DNA from: Cyanobacteria bacterium P01_F01_bin.150
GTDB taxonomy: Bacteria; Cyanobacteriota; Cyanobacteriia; CAKZMO01
Reading direction: 5' to 3'
Assembly (NCBI GenBank): GCA_039189765.1
Contig: JBCCYL010000001.1
Coordinates: 96,001 to 160,000 of the forward strand
DNA: 64,000 bases
Shown: in pieces, positions 1-19,596 of the stretch
Layout: each line of letters starts with the position of its first letter
How positions within the stretch are numbered: position 1 is the stretch's first letter
Translations under genes and position numbers: made by a program
Notes under the pieces: generated by a model
What the model was told of the DNA's origin: nothing
Databases searched by the model: none
What the model saw: only the letters and a program-made list of their open reading frames with translations

Positions 1-3000
1 TTGACGCTGTACTGTTGGCCGCTTGCTTAGCCATAATGCGATCGACAGCTTGAGCCAAAAATATCAGGCTACTAAATTGGGAAATGCCTTCTTCACTAGG
101 ATCAGCCTGCGCTGATGTGTCTTGATTATTCACCAGTGACCAGCCATGAATAATCGTCTGAGGCAGTCGATTCGAATTTTTCAAGGCCGCTATCAAATCG
201 TGATAGTCATCAGGACTGGCTGGATTAATTTGGTAAGTGTCTGCATCAAGTTGGGTAAAGCAACCGCCCTTTTGAACAACAATTACAGTCTGCTGGGTTG
301 ACTGTAACAGGGAAATAAGAGATTGCATTAGTTGTAATTCAGACTTAAACACTAACCAATGTTCAGGAGAAGCCACTCGCCCTTCAGACAATGGCAATGC
401 CTCCCGCTGCCAGGATGGCTGGTAAAACCACTGACTTATATCGGGATTTTTAGTAGCGGATTTAGCTGATACTGCGTCTTGGGATGCGGATGTGGACGAT
501 TGCAGATCAACCCAGTAGCGCTGACGCTCGAATGGATAGGTCGGCAGCGGAACACGCCTACGCTGCTCATAGGCATAAAATCCAGCCCAGTCAATATCCG
601 TACCGTTAAGCCAGAGCAGCCCCAGCGTCTTAAGAATAAGCGCATGATCGGGCTGGGATTCTTGGGGATGACGCAGGGATGTAAGCACAACACCAGGACG
701 TTCTGCCTGTGCTCGCTTAGCCAGTGTTGCCAGGGTCCGGCTGGGTCCCACCTCTAGCAAGACAGGATAATCGGACTGCCACAGCTTCTCAATGCCATCG
801 CCAAAGCGCACCGTTTGTCGAATATGTTGCCCCCAGTAGTTGGGATTCGTCGCCTCATCTGCCGTAAGCCAGGTCCCAGTGACATTGGACATCATGGGAA
901 TAGAGGGAGGGGTGAGTTTAACCTGACTAACCTGTTCCACAAACTGGGGGACAACGGGAGCCATCATGGACGAGTGGAATCCATGGGATGTCTTCAGAAT
1001 CCGTGCATTTAATCCCTCTTTTTGGCAGCGCTGCTCCAGTTGGACGATCGCCCCCTCCGGCCCAGACACCACACAAAGCTCTGCCCCATTGACCACCGCC
1101 AACTCCGTCTCCGGTTCCAGTAATCGCACTACCTGAACTTCCGATGCCGCCACCGATAGCATAGACCCAGGCTGGCAGCTTTGCATTAGCTGTCCCCGCC
1201 GAGCCACAAGGGCGATCGCATCCTCCAGGGAAAAGACCCCAGCGATCGCCGCCGCCACATATTCGCCAATGCTGTGGCCAATCAATCCCTGAGGACGAAT
1301 ACCCCAGGACATCCATAGCTTTGCTAGAGCATATTCGATAGTAAAGAGGGCTGGCTGGGCGTATTGAGTCGAATTGATTTTAGATTTTAGATTTTGGATT
1401 TTGGACGGATCGGTCCCCCTCCTCGGAGGGGCTAGGGGTGGGTTCTGCCTTCTACCTTCTGCCTTCTGCCTTGGGTCTGCCTTTTGCCTTGATTCATCGG
1501 GATAAATTAAATCCTTTACGTCTAAGTCAATATGCTTATTGAATTCTTCGCAGCATCGATCGACCCATGTGCGAAAGGTGGGTTCGGTATTGTAAAGATC
1601 GCGGCCCATATTGACATATTGACTGCCTTGCCCCGAAAACATAAAGGTAATGGGCGGATTGTCAGCAACAGGCGATTGGGTAAAACAGTACTGGGCATTA
1701 AGGGTGGCAAGGGCATCGGTGGCGCTGGTGTGATCGGCACAAATGGCGATGCGACGATGGGGGAGCGATCGCCGCCCTCTCTGTAGCGTATGGGCAATAT
1801 TCGCCAACAACTGATTAGGATTGGCGTTGAGATGGTTGGCGAGATCCGTTGTAGCGGTATCCAGGGCGCTGGTGGTTTTGGCGGACAGCAGCAGCAGTTG
1901 CCAGGGACGAGATGGGTTGGCACTGGCAGGTTTAGAGTTTGGCCCTTCCTCCAAGATAATGTGGGCATTGGTGCCGCCCATACCAAAGGAACTAACTCCG
2001 GCCCGTCGAGGTGTGCCGTTTCGGCTCCAGGGTACTAGTTCGGTATTGACCTCAAAGGGACTGGAGTCAAAATCAATTTTGGGATTGGGAGACTGGAAGT
2101 TAAGACTAGGGGGAATCTTTTGGTGGTGCATGGCCAGGGTCGTCTTGATTAGCCCGCTAATGCCTGCTGCCGCATCCAGATGTCCCACATTGGTTTTAAC
2201 AGAACCAATGGCACAGGTTTTGTCGACTCCGTTAGTGGAGCCATTTGAAGCATTGCCCTGGGTATCTCCCTTAGTCGATGAGCGAAAGACTTTTGTCAGC
2301 GCTGATAGTTCAATCGGATCGCCTAGAGCCGTCCCGGTACCATGAGCTTCTACATAATTAATGGTGTCTGGACTCACATCGGCGTGCTCTAGAGCTGCCG
2401 TAATCACTTCTGCTTGACCGGTAACGCTGGGAGCTGTTAGCCCTACCTTTTGGGCACCATCGTTGTTAATGGCTGAACCCTTGACAACGGCATAAATGGT
2501 ATCTCCATCGGCGATCGCCCTACTCAATCGCTTCAATACCACAATGCCAACCCCATTGCCAAATACCGTCCCCTGCCCGTCAGCATCAAAGGCTCGACAA
2601 TGGCCATCAGGGGACAGCACTCCATCTTCCTGAAAGATATAGCCCGAAGGTGTGGGACTACTGATCGATACTCCCCCAGCCAGCGCCATATCACACTCGC
2701 CCCGGAGAATGCTCTGACTAGCGGTATGCACGGACACCAATGATGTGGAGCATCCCGTTTGAATACCGCAGCTTGGTCCGGTCAGGTTCAATTTATAGGA
2801 CACACGGGTGGGCATTAGTCCCATCACATTGCTGATCACAGCCTGTACCCCATCTACCGAATCCCGAAAGGCCGGATTGCTATGGAGATTAATCAGATAG
2901 CTATTCAGTGCCGCCCCACCATAGACACCAATTTTACCTTCGTATTGCTCTGGGTCGTATCCCGCATGCTCCAGCGCCGTCCAGGCACACTCCAAAAACA

Positions 3001-3352
3001 GACGATGCTGGGGTTCAATAATTTCCGCTTCCCTGGGAGAATAGCCAAAAAATGCCGCATCAAACCCACCCACATCTTCGCAACTCGCATAGGCTCGAAC
3101 ATAATTGGGGCGATCGCGCTCAGCCGGACCCACCCCCGCTGCATCCAGCTCTTCATCGGACAAAAAGCGAATCCCCACTCGGCCCTGGCTCAACAACTGC
3201 CAAAACTCATCCACCGTCTCCGCCCCCGGAAACCGCCCCGCCATCCCAACAATGGCAACTCGCTCCTGCTTCTCACGCTGGATCGCTTCAATCTGGGTTC
3301 GAGCCTCTTTTAAGGCGCTTAAAATACGTTGGGATGAGTCTAAAGTGGTCAT
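1..3352 (-). CDS. Type I PKS, KS-AT-KR(partial); 3' end lies beyond the window edge
   Basis: Not in the ORF track. Translated by hand from ATG at 3352: MTTLDSSQRILSALKEARTQIEAIQREKQERVAIVGMAGRFPGA (docking helix + KS). KS triad QTGCSTS / EAHGTGT / NVGH. AT motifs FSGQGSQY, GHSIG (codons start at 1279, in frame) and SHGFHS (malonyl-type). Post-AT LPTYPFERQRYW, then WFYQPSW and IIHGWS, typical of the KR structural subdomain. Confidence 0.92.
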   Translation of the reverse strand, partial: MTTLDSSQRILSALKEARTQIEAIQREKQERVAIVGMAGRFPGAETVDEFWQLLSQGRVGIRFLSDEELDAAGVGPAERDRPNYVRAYASCEDVGGFDAAFFGYSPREAEIIEPQHRLFLECAWTALEHAGYDPEQYEGKIGVYGGAALNSYLINLHSNPAFRDSVDGVQAVISNVMGLMPTRVSYKLNLTGPSCGIQTGCSTSLVSVHTASQSILRGECDMALAGGVSISSPTPSGYIFQEDGVLSPDGHCRAFDADGQGTVFGNGVGIVVLKRLSRAIADGDTIYAVVKGSAINNDGAQKVGLTAPSVTGQAEVITAALEHADVSPDTINYVEAHGTGTALGDPIELSALTKVFRSSTKGDTQGNASNGSTNGVDKTCAIGSVKTNVGHLDAAAGISGLIKTTLAMHHQKIPPSLNFQSPNPKIDFDSSPFEVNTELVPWSRNGTPRRAGVSSFGMGGTNAHIILEEGPNSKPASANPSRPWQLLLLSAKTTSALDTATTDLANHLNANPNQLLANIAHTLQRGRRSLPHRRIAICADHTSATDALATLNAQYCFTQSPVADNPPITFMFSGQGSQYVNMGRDLYNTEPTFRTWVDRCCEEFNKHIDLDVKDLIYPDESRQKADPRQKAEGRRQNPPLAPPRRGTDPSKIQNLKSKINSTQYAQPALFTIEYALAKLWMSWGIRPQGLIGHSIGEYVAAAIAGVFSLEDAIALVARRGQLMQSCQPGSMLSVAASEVQVVRLLEPETELAVVNGAELCVVSGPEGAIVQLEQRCQKEGLNARILKTSHGFHSSMMAPVVPQFVEQVSQVKLTPPSIPMMSNVTGTWLTADEATNPNYWGQHIRQTVRFGDGIEKLWQSDYPVLLEVGPSRTLATLAKRAQAERPGVVLTSLRHPQESQPDHALILKTLGLLWLNGTDIDWAGFYAYEQRRRVPLPTYPFERQRYWVDLQSSTSASQDAVSAKSATKNPDISQWFYQPSWQREALPLSEGRVASPEHWLVFKSELQLMQSLISLLQSTQQTVIVVQKGGCFTQLDADTYQINPASPDDYHDLIAALKNSNRLPQTIIHGWSLVNNQDTSAQADPSEEGISQFSSLIFLAQAVDRIMAKQAANSTAS

Positions 3353-3487
3353 AGGATAGTGAGTAAATTTTAGATTTTAGATTTTAGATTTTAGATTTTG
3401 GATTTTATAAAGGGGAGTTAGGGAGTTAGGGAGTTAAGGAGTTTTGAATTAGCATTTCTGCCTTTTGCCTTCTGCCTTCTGCCTTTA

Positions 3488-11700
<8,213 letters not shown>

Positions 11701-11704
<4 letters not shown>

Positions 11705-14700
11705 GCACCACCCCCCTGAGCCAATTCCTCAGCCAACAATTCTAACAACTCTTCATCAGAAAACTCACTAAAATCATCCTCGGATGATTTTGGATTTTGG
11801 ATTTTAGACTTTGGATTTTGAAGATCGAGTTGGGGAATTGGGGAGTTAGGGAGTTGTGGAGTGACAGAGGTTCGTTCCCCCTCCTGGGAAGGGCTAGGAG
11901 GGGGTTCTTCTGCCGTTCTTTCCCCTTCATCCTTCTGCCTTCTGCCTTCTGCCTTTAATTCATCCTTCATCCTTCTGCCTTCTGCCTTTAACAGCTTTGG
12001 CAGTAAATGGTTTGCCAACTGATTGACCGTGGGGTAATCAAAAGCGACAGTGGGAGAGAGGGTAAAGCCCAGAGTCGATTGGAGTTTGTTCTTTAATTCC
12101 ACAGAGGTAAGGGAATCCATACCTAAGTCGAAAAATCCTTTGTCCGGGTTAATGTCTTCCGCTTTGAATCCGAGAACTTGAGCAATCTGATGACAGATAT
12201 GGACAGCTAGGGCGGAGTGGCGATCGCTCTCTGGCAACTCCCGTAATATATCGACGAAATTAGAGGTGTCAGAGGGAGCAGAACTGCTGCGGTTTGAGGA
12301 ACTCGATGTGTTTGAAGCTTGCCATGCTCGCTCCAGTTCAGACAAGAATGCCGACTGAATACCGTTTCTAAAGAACTGGGACCAGTTGACGGGCAGGACT
12401 CCCACCTGTGTGGGATTTGTGGTTATGACTTTCTCAAAGGCTCTCACTCCTTGGTTGGGGGCGATCGCTCCAATTCCCATTTCGGCCATGGTTTCATCGG
12501 CTTTGCGCTGGGCGGCTGAGCCAATATCGGACCAGACGCCCCAGTTAATGCTTAATGCGGGTAGCCCTAATGCCCGTCGATGGTGAGCAAGGGTATCAAG
12601 GAACGTATTAGCGGTAACATGATTAGCCTGACCGGGTGAACCGAGCAGTGCCGTGGCAGAGGAGAATAGGATAAAGTGCTCTAAATCTTTTGCGTGGTCT
12701 GACGCTTGGGCCAATTGATGCAGGTTCCAGGCTCCCTGAACCTTTGGACCTAGCACCCGCTCAAAGCGTTCCCAGGTCTGATGCCGCAATACCCCATCAT
12801 CTAGCAATCCTGCTCCATGAATAATGCCCTTTAATGACGGCATGGATTGCTCAAGGTCCTGCATAACCTGGATCATCCCCTTAATGTTAGCCACATCCAC
12901 CGCATAGGTTTGAACCCTTGCCCCCTGAGTCTCCAGGCTTTGAATCCGCTGCTGTTGCTGAGCATCTGGCTCACGACGACTAACCAGGGCAAGATGCTTA
13001 ACGCCTTGTTCCACTAACCAATCGGCAAACTGTAAGCCTAGTCCCCCAAGTCCTCCGGTAATTAGGAAGGTTCCATCCCCGTAGGTTGGGTTAGCGACAG
13101 CGTAACCCAACGGAGTATTTACACTTGCTGAACTATCTTTTGTTGGGTTTTCTTCGTCAACCCAATCTACGTGGGTAATCACAATTTTGCCAACATGCTG
13201 AGCTTGCTGCATGGTGCGGAAGGCTTGGGGTGCATGGTCGATAGGAAATATCATCTGGGGGAGGGGCTGTAAGTCACCATTCTCAAAGTGACGCGCGACC
13301 GCCCCCAACATCTCCTGAATCAGCCCTGGATCTTTGCGGCACTGCTCCACCATATCAACCAAGGTATAGGCAATATCAGGATAAGCTTGGGCAACGCGAT
13401 CGCTACTCCACACATCCCGCTTGCCAATCTCAATAAAGTGCCCCCCCGATTTCACACAGGCCAAGCTCTTGGCAATAAAGTCTCCAGAAAGAGAATTTAA
13501 GACCAGGTCAACCCCTTCGCCTCCAGTCCACTCCATTACTTCATCCGCAAAGTCCAGACTCCGCGAATTCGCCACCCGCGCCACGCCCAACTGACGCACC
13601 TGCTCCCACTTTGCCGGACTCGCCGTAGCAAAAACCTCCGCCCCCGCCAAATGCGCTAGCTGAATCGCTGCTTGGCCAACACCGCCGGAAGCAGCATGAA
13701 CCAAAACGGTTTTGGCTTTTAGATTTTTGGGAGAGGGTTGGGGAGTTAAGGCGTTGGGGCGTTGGGGCGTTGGGGAGGTTCGGTCCCCCTCTTGGGAGGG
13801 GCTAGGAGTAGGTGAATTTTGGATTTTAGATTTTAGATTTTGGAGATCGAGTTGGAGAGTTGAGGAGTTGGGATGTTGGGGAGTTGGCGCACTCCGATCT
13901 CCCTCCTGGGAGAGGTTAGGGGTGGGTTCTTCTGCCTTCTGCCTTCTGCCTTCTGCCTTCTGCCTTCCCAATCCTCCCAAATGATATAGAGCGTAATAGG
14001 CTGTAAGAAATGTCACCGGAAGTGTTGCCGCTTCTTCAACTGTGAGCGATCGCGGACGATAAACCACCAAGTTGGCGTCAATGGTGATGAACTGACTAAA
14101 GCTGCCGGGGGCGATCGCCATCACTTCATCCCCGACTTGAAGAGAATTCTCTCGGCTATCGTTAACCTGACGGCCAACCGCTACAATTCGGCCCACACAC
14201 TCGCAGCCCAGCAGCCCTGGATCGCCAGGGTACAAGTCTAAAGCATTTAGCACATCTCGGAAATTTAGACCTGTCGCCTGTACTTGAATTTCTACTTCGC
14301 TGGGATTAGGCGAGCGCCGTTCAATTGATGCAAAATAGAGATTATCGATCGTGCCTCGTTCTGCAATGGCAAGCCGGAACGGAACCCCACCCCAGCCCTT
14401 CCCTTGGTAAGGTGAGGGGGCCGAACCTCCGCTCATCTCTCTTGCCAAGAAGGTCGCCCCTCCGGTCTTCCCCCTTGCCAAGGGGGGACTAAGGGGGGGG
14501 ATTCTTGAGTTTTCATGGATTGACCACATCTTGTATTGAGTCAAACGAGAGACGTAGCGATCGCTTCCCCTCAAGGCAACTTGATGCTCCAACTGTTTAT
14601 CGCCTTGTTCTGCTTCGGTCTGATAAATTTCATGCCAGAGCGATCGCACTTGCGCCTCTGTCGTCATATTGGCATCTATATCCACGCAGCGGCAGCGTAG

Positions 14701-17700
14701 CTCAGGATATTCGAGGGCGATCGCTTTCCCCATGCCCCACAATAACGATTGGGCCATACCTGAAATCGTTTCAGATTTCTTGCCAGCAGAACTATCAGTA
14801 GAACTATTAGCAGAACTATTAGTAGAAATACCCGTAGAAACGGCATCCTGCGTAATCAGCCATAGCTCTGGTGGTGATGCTAAAGCCCTATGCTCCAAAG
14901 CCTGCACTAGGGTTAACACCTGAGTACAGAGCATTTCTGAATTTATAGACAGTTGCTCACTATCAAGCTGATCGGCCGATGGTGCATCTAGTCCTGCCAG
15001 ATAAATAATCCCGCATAGCTGGGCATGTTGATCGGCGAGTTGATTGATGACCGTATCCAACACCCACCCAATACTTTCAGAAGAATAATCGTCAATAAAA
15101 ATGACTTCAGCATTGCTGGCTGAAGATAGCGTATCGCTATGATTACTAATCAACGAACAGGATTGGGACGGATCGGTGGCAATATGCTGGGCGATCGCCT
15201 TTCCTGCACCCTGCCGATCGGCCCAAATCAGCCAATGCTGCTCTAATTTCTGATTCTCAACACCCTCTACCCTATGTCCAATTCCCCTGTTCTTCCCAGC
15301 CCCCGCCAGCAGGACCGTTTGCTGGGCAATGCCCCCGGCATTTGTCAGGTTAGGAGAAATAATCTGACAATCCTCAAACCCACTATCTGCCAGACACTGC
15401 TGCCAGGTGCTCTCGTCCATTAGCGGATAGTCAGAGCGAACTCTATCATTAAATCGCCACCAACCCTCCGTCAACCCAAAAATTAAATCTAGCCAAAGCG
15501 TTGGCTGAGTGCCCTCCAGAACCACTAGCTGCCCGCCCTCTGCCAGTAGCTGATGCACATGGGTTAACGTTATCTGAATATTTTGAGTCGCATGGAGGAC
15601 GTTGGCGGCAATCACAATATCCCAATGATGTAAAGGCAAGTTTTGGGTATGAGGTGCCTGCTCAATATCCAATACGCGATAGTCCACAAAGGGATACTCT
15701 TGGAATCGCTCCTGAGCATTGGTAAGAAACAGCGGTGACACATCGGTAAACGTATATTCTGTCACTCGATTCTGTAAGTGAGGCAATAGATGAGCGGTGG
15801 TCCCTCCCGTACCTGCGCCAATTTCAAGAATGCGCAGAGGACGATGGGCCGGATAGGCGTTGGCAATTTGGGCGATCACCCCCTGCACCAATTCATTCAT
15901 CAATCGAGGTCCAGGAGAATCCTGATACAGGCGCGTAATCCGAGTTGCATCCCCATTAGGGAACAACAATTGCAGCGGATCGACATCCCCACGCATCACC
16001 GCCGCCAGATTAGACCCACAGTCAGCCAGTAACGATAACTCTGTCTCCGCAACCGGAAATTTCTCCTGTAACTCTTGCTGCAATGCCTCAGGCGTAAGAT
16101 CCCAGGGTTCTTTAAGAACCCTGGGATCTGTGGCACATTCAATCAACCGATCCAATAACCTCTGATGATTGGGCTGAATATTCAAATAGCTAGCTTGAGA
16201 AGGATGCTGATCCCAGCCTAATTCCTGCAATGCTTGAACAGCATAGGCAACGCTTAATTGCTCTAATTGAGGTAGCGCCTGCCCGTAGGTCTGTACCTGA
16301 GATGTTTGAAGCTGCTCAAATGCATGGATAGTAAGGCGATCGCCCACCGTATCCAATCCCGGCAAATCCGCGAGTAACTTCCTACGATGGGGATAAAGCT
16401 GCCAATCAACCCGATAAAACCAATCGTCAATAGAATCTTGATGCTGTACCCCATCAGACGACAGCCGCCCAAATAATTGCGCTGCTGAAACTGGCTGTAA
16501 CCGAACCCCCGTCAAAGTTGCAACTAACTGACCACCACCTTTAGAGAAGCGAATATCAGCAGTCCGATCTTTGGACCGATATTCAACCTCCACCCAAAGC
16601 TGAAGTTGATGGTCATGGCCATCAACTTCACCCTCATTTTCCAATGGATTAAAGACCTGAAAGGAACCAATACCAACAGGCAAATACAGCCCTTGAACCT
16701 TATCTGGCAATGCAGCCCCAATTGATTGCAACCCTGCATCCAATAATGTCGGCTGCAAATTGTAGCGCCTATCAACCCGATTGCTAGGTAAAGATATCTG
16801 AGCGATCGCCCCTCCTTCCCCCTGCCATAATTGTTCAATTACCTGTAGCGAGGGACCATAGTCAATCCCAATCTCTCGATAAGTCCGATAGTAATCAGCA
16901 ACAGCAACAGATTTTAGATTTTGGGGAGAGAGTTGGGGAGTTGGGGAGTTGGGGAGTTGGGGAGTTGGGGAGATTCGGTCCCCCTCTTGGGAGGGGCTAG
17001 GGGTGGGTTCTCCTACCTTTCCAATTTTTCCTTCAGCATGCTGTTGCCACTCATTTGTTGTATTTGATATCGGCTGACTTAGGATTTTGAAGGAATAGTT
17101 ATCGTTGTCCTCTGGGGTTAAAACTAGTTGGACTGTACGCTCGGATGCGTTCGCTCCATCCTTATGTTCCGTATTGTCATCCTCTAAACGATCAGACTGA
17201 TCATCACCAAACACCATCGCTGAACGGATAGCCACATCCTTAACAACCCAAGAACTTTCGGTACCAATAGCTTGCGAATGAGTGGCTTGAGCCGCAGCGA
17301 TCGCCATTTCCAAGTAAGCGGCGGCAGGCAGAATAGCGGCGTCGAGAATCCGATGGTCTTTAATAAAGGAGACGCGATCGCGCTTTAGGACTGACTCAAA
17401 ATGTTTTGTATTGACTCCCGCCAGTGGGACTTGACGATTCAGGAGAGGATGTTTGGAGCGAGTGGATAAATAAGAGGGAGGCTGGGGTTGCTCCATCCAG
17501 TAGCTTTGGCGCTGAAATGGATAAGTCGGTAGAATCAGGCGCTGGCGATTGGGCCAAAAATACTGATCCGATGCGGTTGCATTTGTTGACGTGCCAGAGT
17601 TAACCGCATACATTAAGGCCCAATTAATGTCTTTCCCCTCAACGTAAGCTTTTGCCAAATTTGCAAGAGCCGTTTGGCGTTCAGCTTGCCTAGGGTTTTC

Positions 17701-19596
17701 TGGAGCCAGCAGAGAACGGATTGGAGTAAGGTCGTATTCTGACTTTAGATTCAGGCTAATTTGTCCACAAAAAAATTGGGTGGATTGATCATCTAATCCA
17801 CCACCGTTGCTAAATGCTTCTAATAGCTGACAACATTCTTCAATGGTTGTTGCCACGATGGCTAGGCGATGGCCGTAGTGCGATCGCCCCGTTGCTGCCG
17901 TAAAGCACAAATCATCTAGCGATACATTAGGAAACTGCCGTAGATAAGCCACATAGGAATTGGCTACGGCAGCTAAAGCCTCTAGTGTTTTAGCCGACAA
18001 CACCAGAAGATGGACTTGGGGGTACTCGTTAACGTTGCTATCGTCATCTCCGTTAAGATCCCAGGGTTCTTTAAGAACCCTGGGATCTGGGGCTGAACTG
18101 GGTTCTGGGTCTGAAGATTCAACAATAATATGAACATTAGTGCCGCTCATGCCAAAAGAACTAACGCCAGCAAGAATGGGTTCATTGTCCCTTTGGCTTG
18201 TGTGGAAGGCTGTAAGTTTAGTCGGAATCTCAACCGGAAGGCGGTCCCATGGGATATAGGGATTAGGTGTCTGGAAATACAGGTGGGGCGGAATCTGACG
18301 GTGCTGGAGTGCAAGGATAACTTTAATTAGCCCAGCAACCCCAGCAGACGCTTCTAAATGCCCAATATTAGTCTTAACCGATCCGACCCTCAGGGGCTGA
18401 TGGGGCGATCGCCCTTCCCCTAACACCTTCCCCAGCGTAATTAGCTCGATGGGGTCACCCAACGATGTCCCCGTTCCGTGGGCTTCCACATACTGGATTT
18501 GGGCTGGAGAAATATTGGCGTTGGCGATCGCCTGACGAATCACATCAGCTTGGGCCGAACCGTTAGGGGCCGTTAGACCATTGCTTTGGCCATCATGATT
18601 CACTGCCGAACCGCGAATAATACCAAGGATGCGATCGCCATTTGCCACCGCATCGTCGTAGCGCTTCAGTACAACTATGCCACAGCCCTCTCCGCGACTG
18701 TAACCATTGGCATCCGCATCAAAGGTCTTACAGTGGCCATCTGTCGAAAGCGCCTTTAGCTTACAAAAGCCAATGGATGGTTCTGGCGACAGCATGGCGC
18801 TAACGCCCCCAGCCAAGGCCATTGAGGCTTCTCCTGCACGCAGACTTTGGCAGGCCAAATGTACCGCTAGCAGGGAAGATGAGCACGTCGTATCAAGCTG
18901 TAGCGTTGGCCCTTGCAGGCCCAATACGTACGACAAGCGCCCGACCGCAATACTGCGGGTATTGCCGAGACTGCTAAACGCATCAATCCGCTCTGGATCG
19001 CCGGAACGAACACTGCGGCTGGCATAGTCATCAAAGCTAAGACCAATAAATACTCCAGTCTGACTGCCTCGCAAAGCTTCCGGCGACTGGCCAGCTCGCT
19101 CAATCGCGGTATAGCTCACTTCCAGCAACAGTCGCTGCTGCGGATCAAGACTAATCGCTTCCCGAGGCGAAATACCGAAAAACTGGGGATCAAACTGATC
19201 AATATCGTCAATAAATCCTCCCAGACGGGTATACATTTTCCCCGGAACATCGGGATCAGGGTCATAGAATTCATCAATATTCCAACGCTGTGACGGGACT
19301 TCTACCATCGCATCCCGACCATTACTTAGCAGGGTCCAGTATGCCTCTGGATCATTGGCGCTACCGGGAAAACGACAGTCCATTCCGATAATGGCAATGG
19401 GTTCTATCGATGCAGACGGTTGCGATAAATGCCCTTGCGCCTTTTCCTGTAGCTGAGCCTCTAAATGGCGGTTTTGCTCGTCCAGAGATTCTAGCTCCGA
19501 GCGCATTTGCCGCATCTCAGTCAATGCGTCCAGCAGTAGCTTCTGGTAGTTAATTCTTTGATTATCAGAAACATTATCGCCAGACATAGAGGTCAT
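11701..19596 (-). CDS. Type I PKS module lacking an AT: KS-DH-cMT-ER-KR-ACP (2631 aa)
   Basis: KS DTTCSSS/HGTGT/NIGH; no AT core; DH HRILDAAILP and DAGLQ; cMT LEIGAGTGG; ER NFRDVL and HAASGGVG; KR GGLGGLG and LLDD; ACP GMDSL; acidic C-terminal docking helix. ATGA overlap with the upstream gene. Confidence 0.95.
13081..13170. repeat. Inverted pair of REP-like elements in the ER-KR linker
   Basis: Encodes VDWVDEENPT...LGYAVANPTY. Confidence 0.75.
16097..16129. repeat. 33-bp dispersed palindrome (also at 18056-18088 and 10185-10217)
   Basis: AGATCCCAGGGTTCTTTAAGAACCCTGGGATCT, read as DPRVLKEPWDL. Confidence 0.9.
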
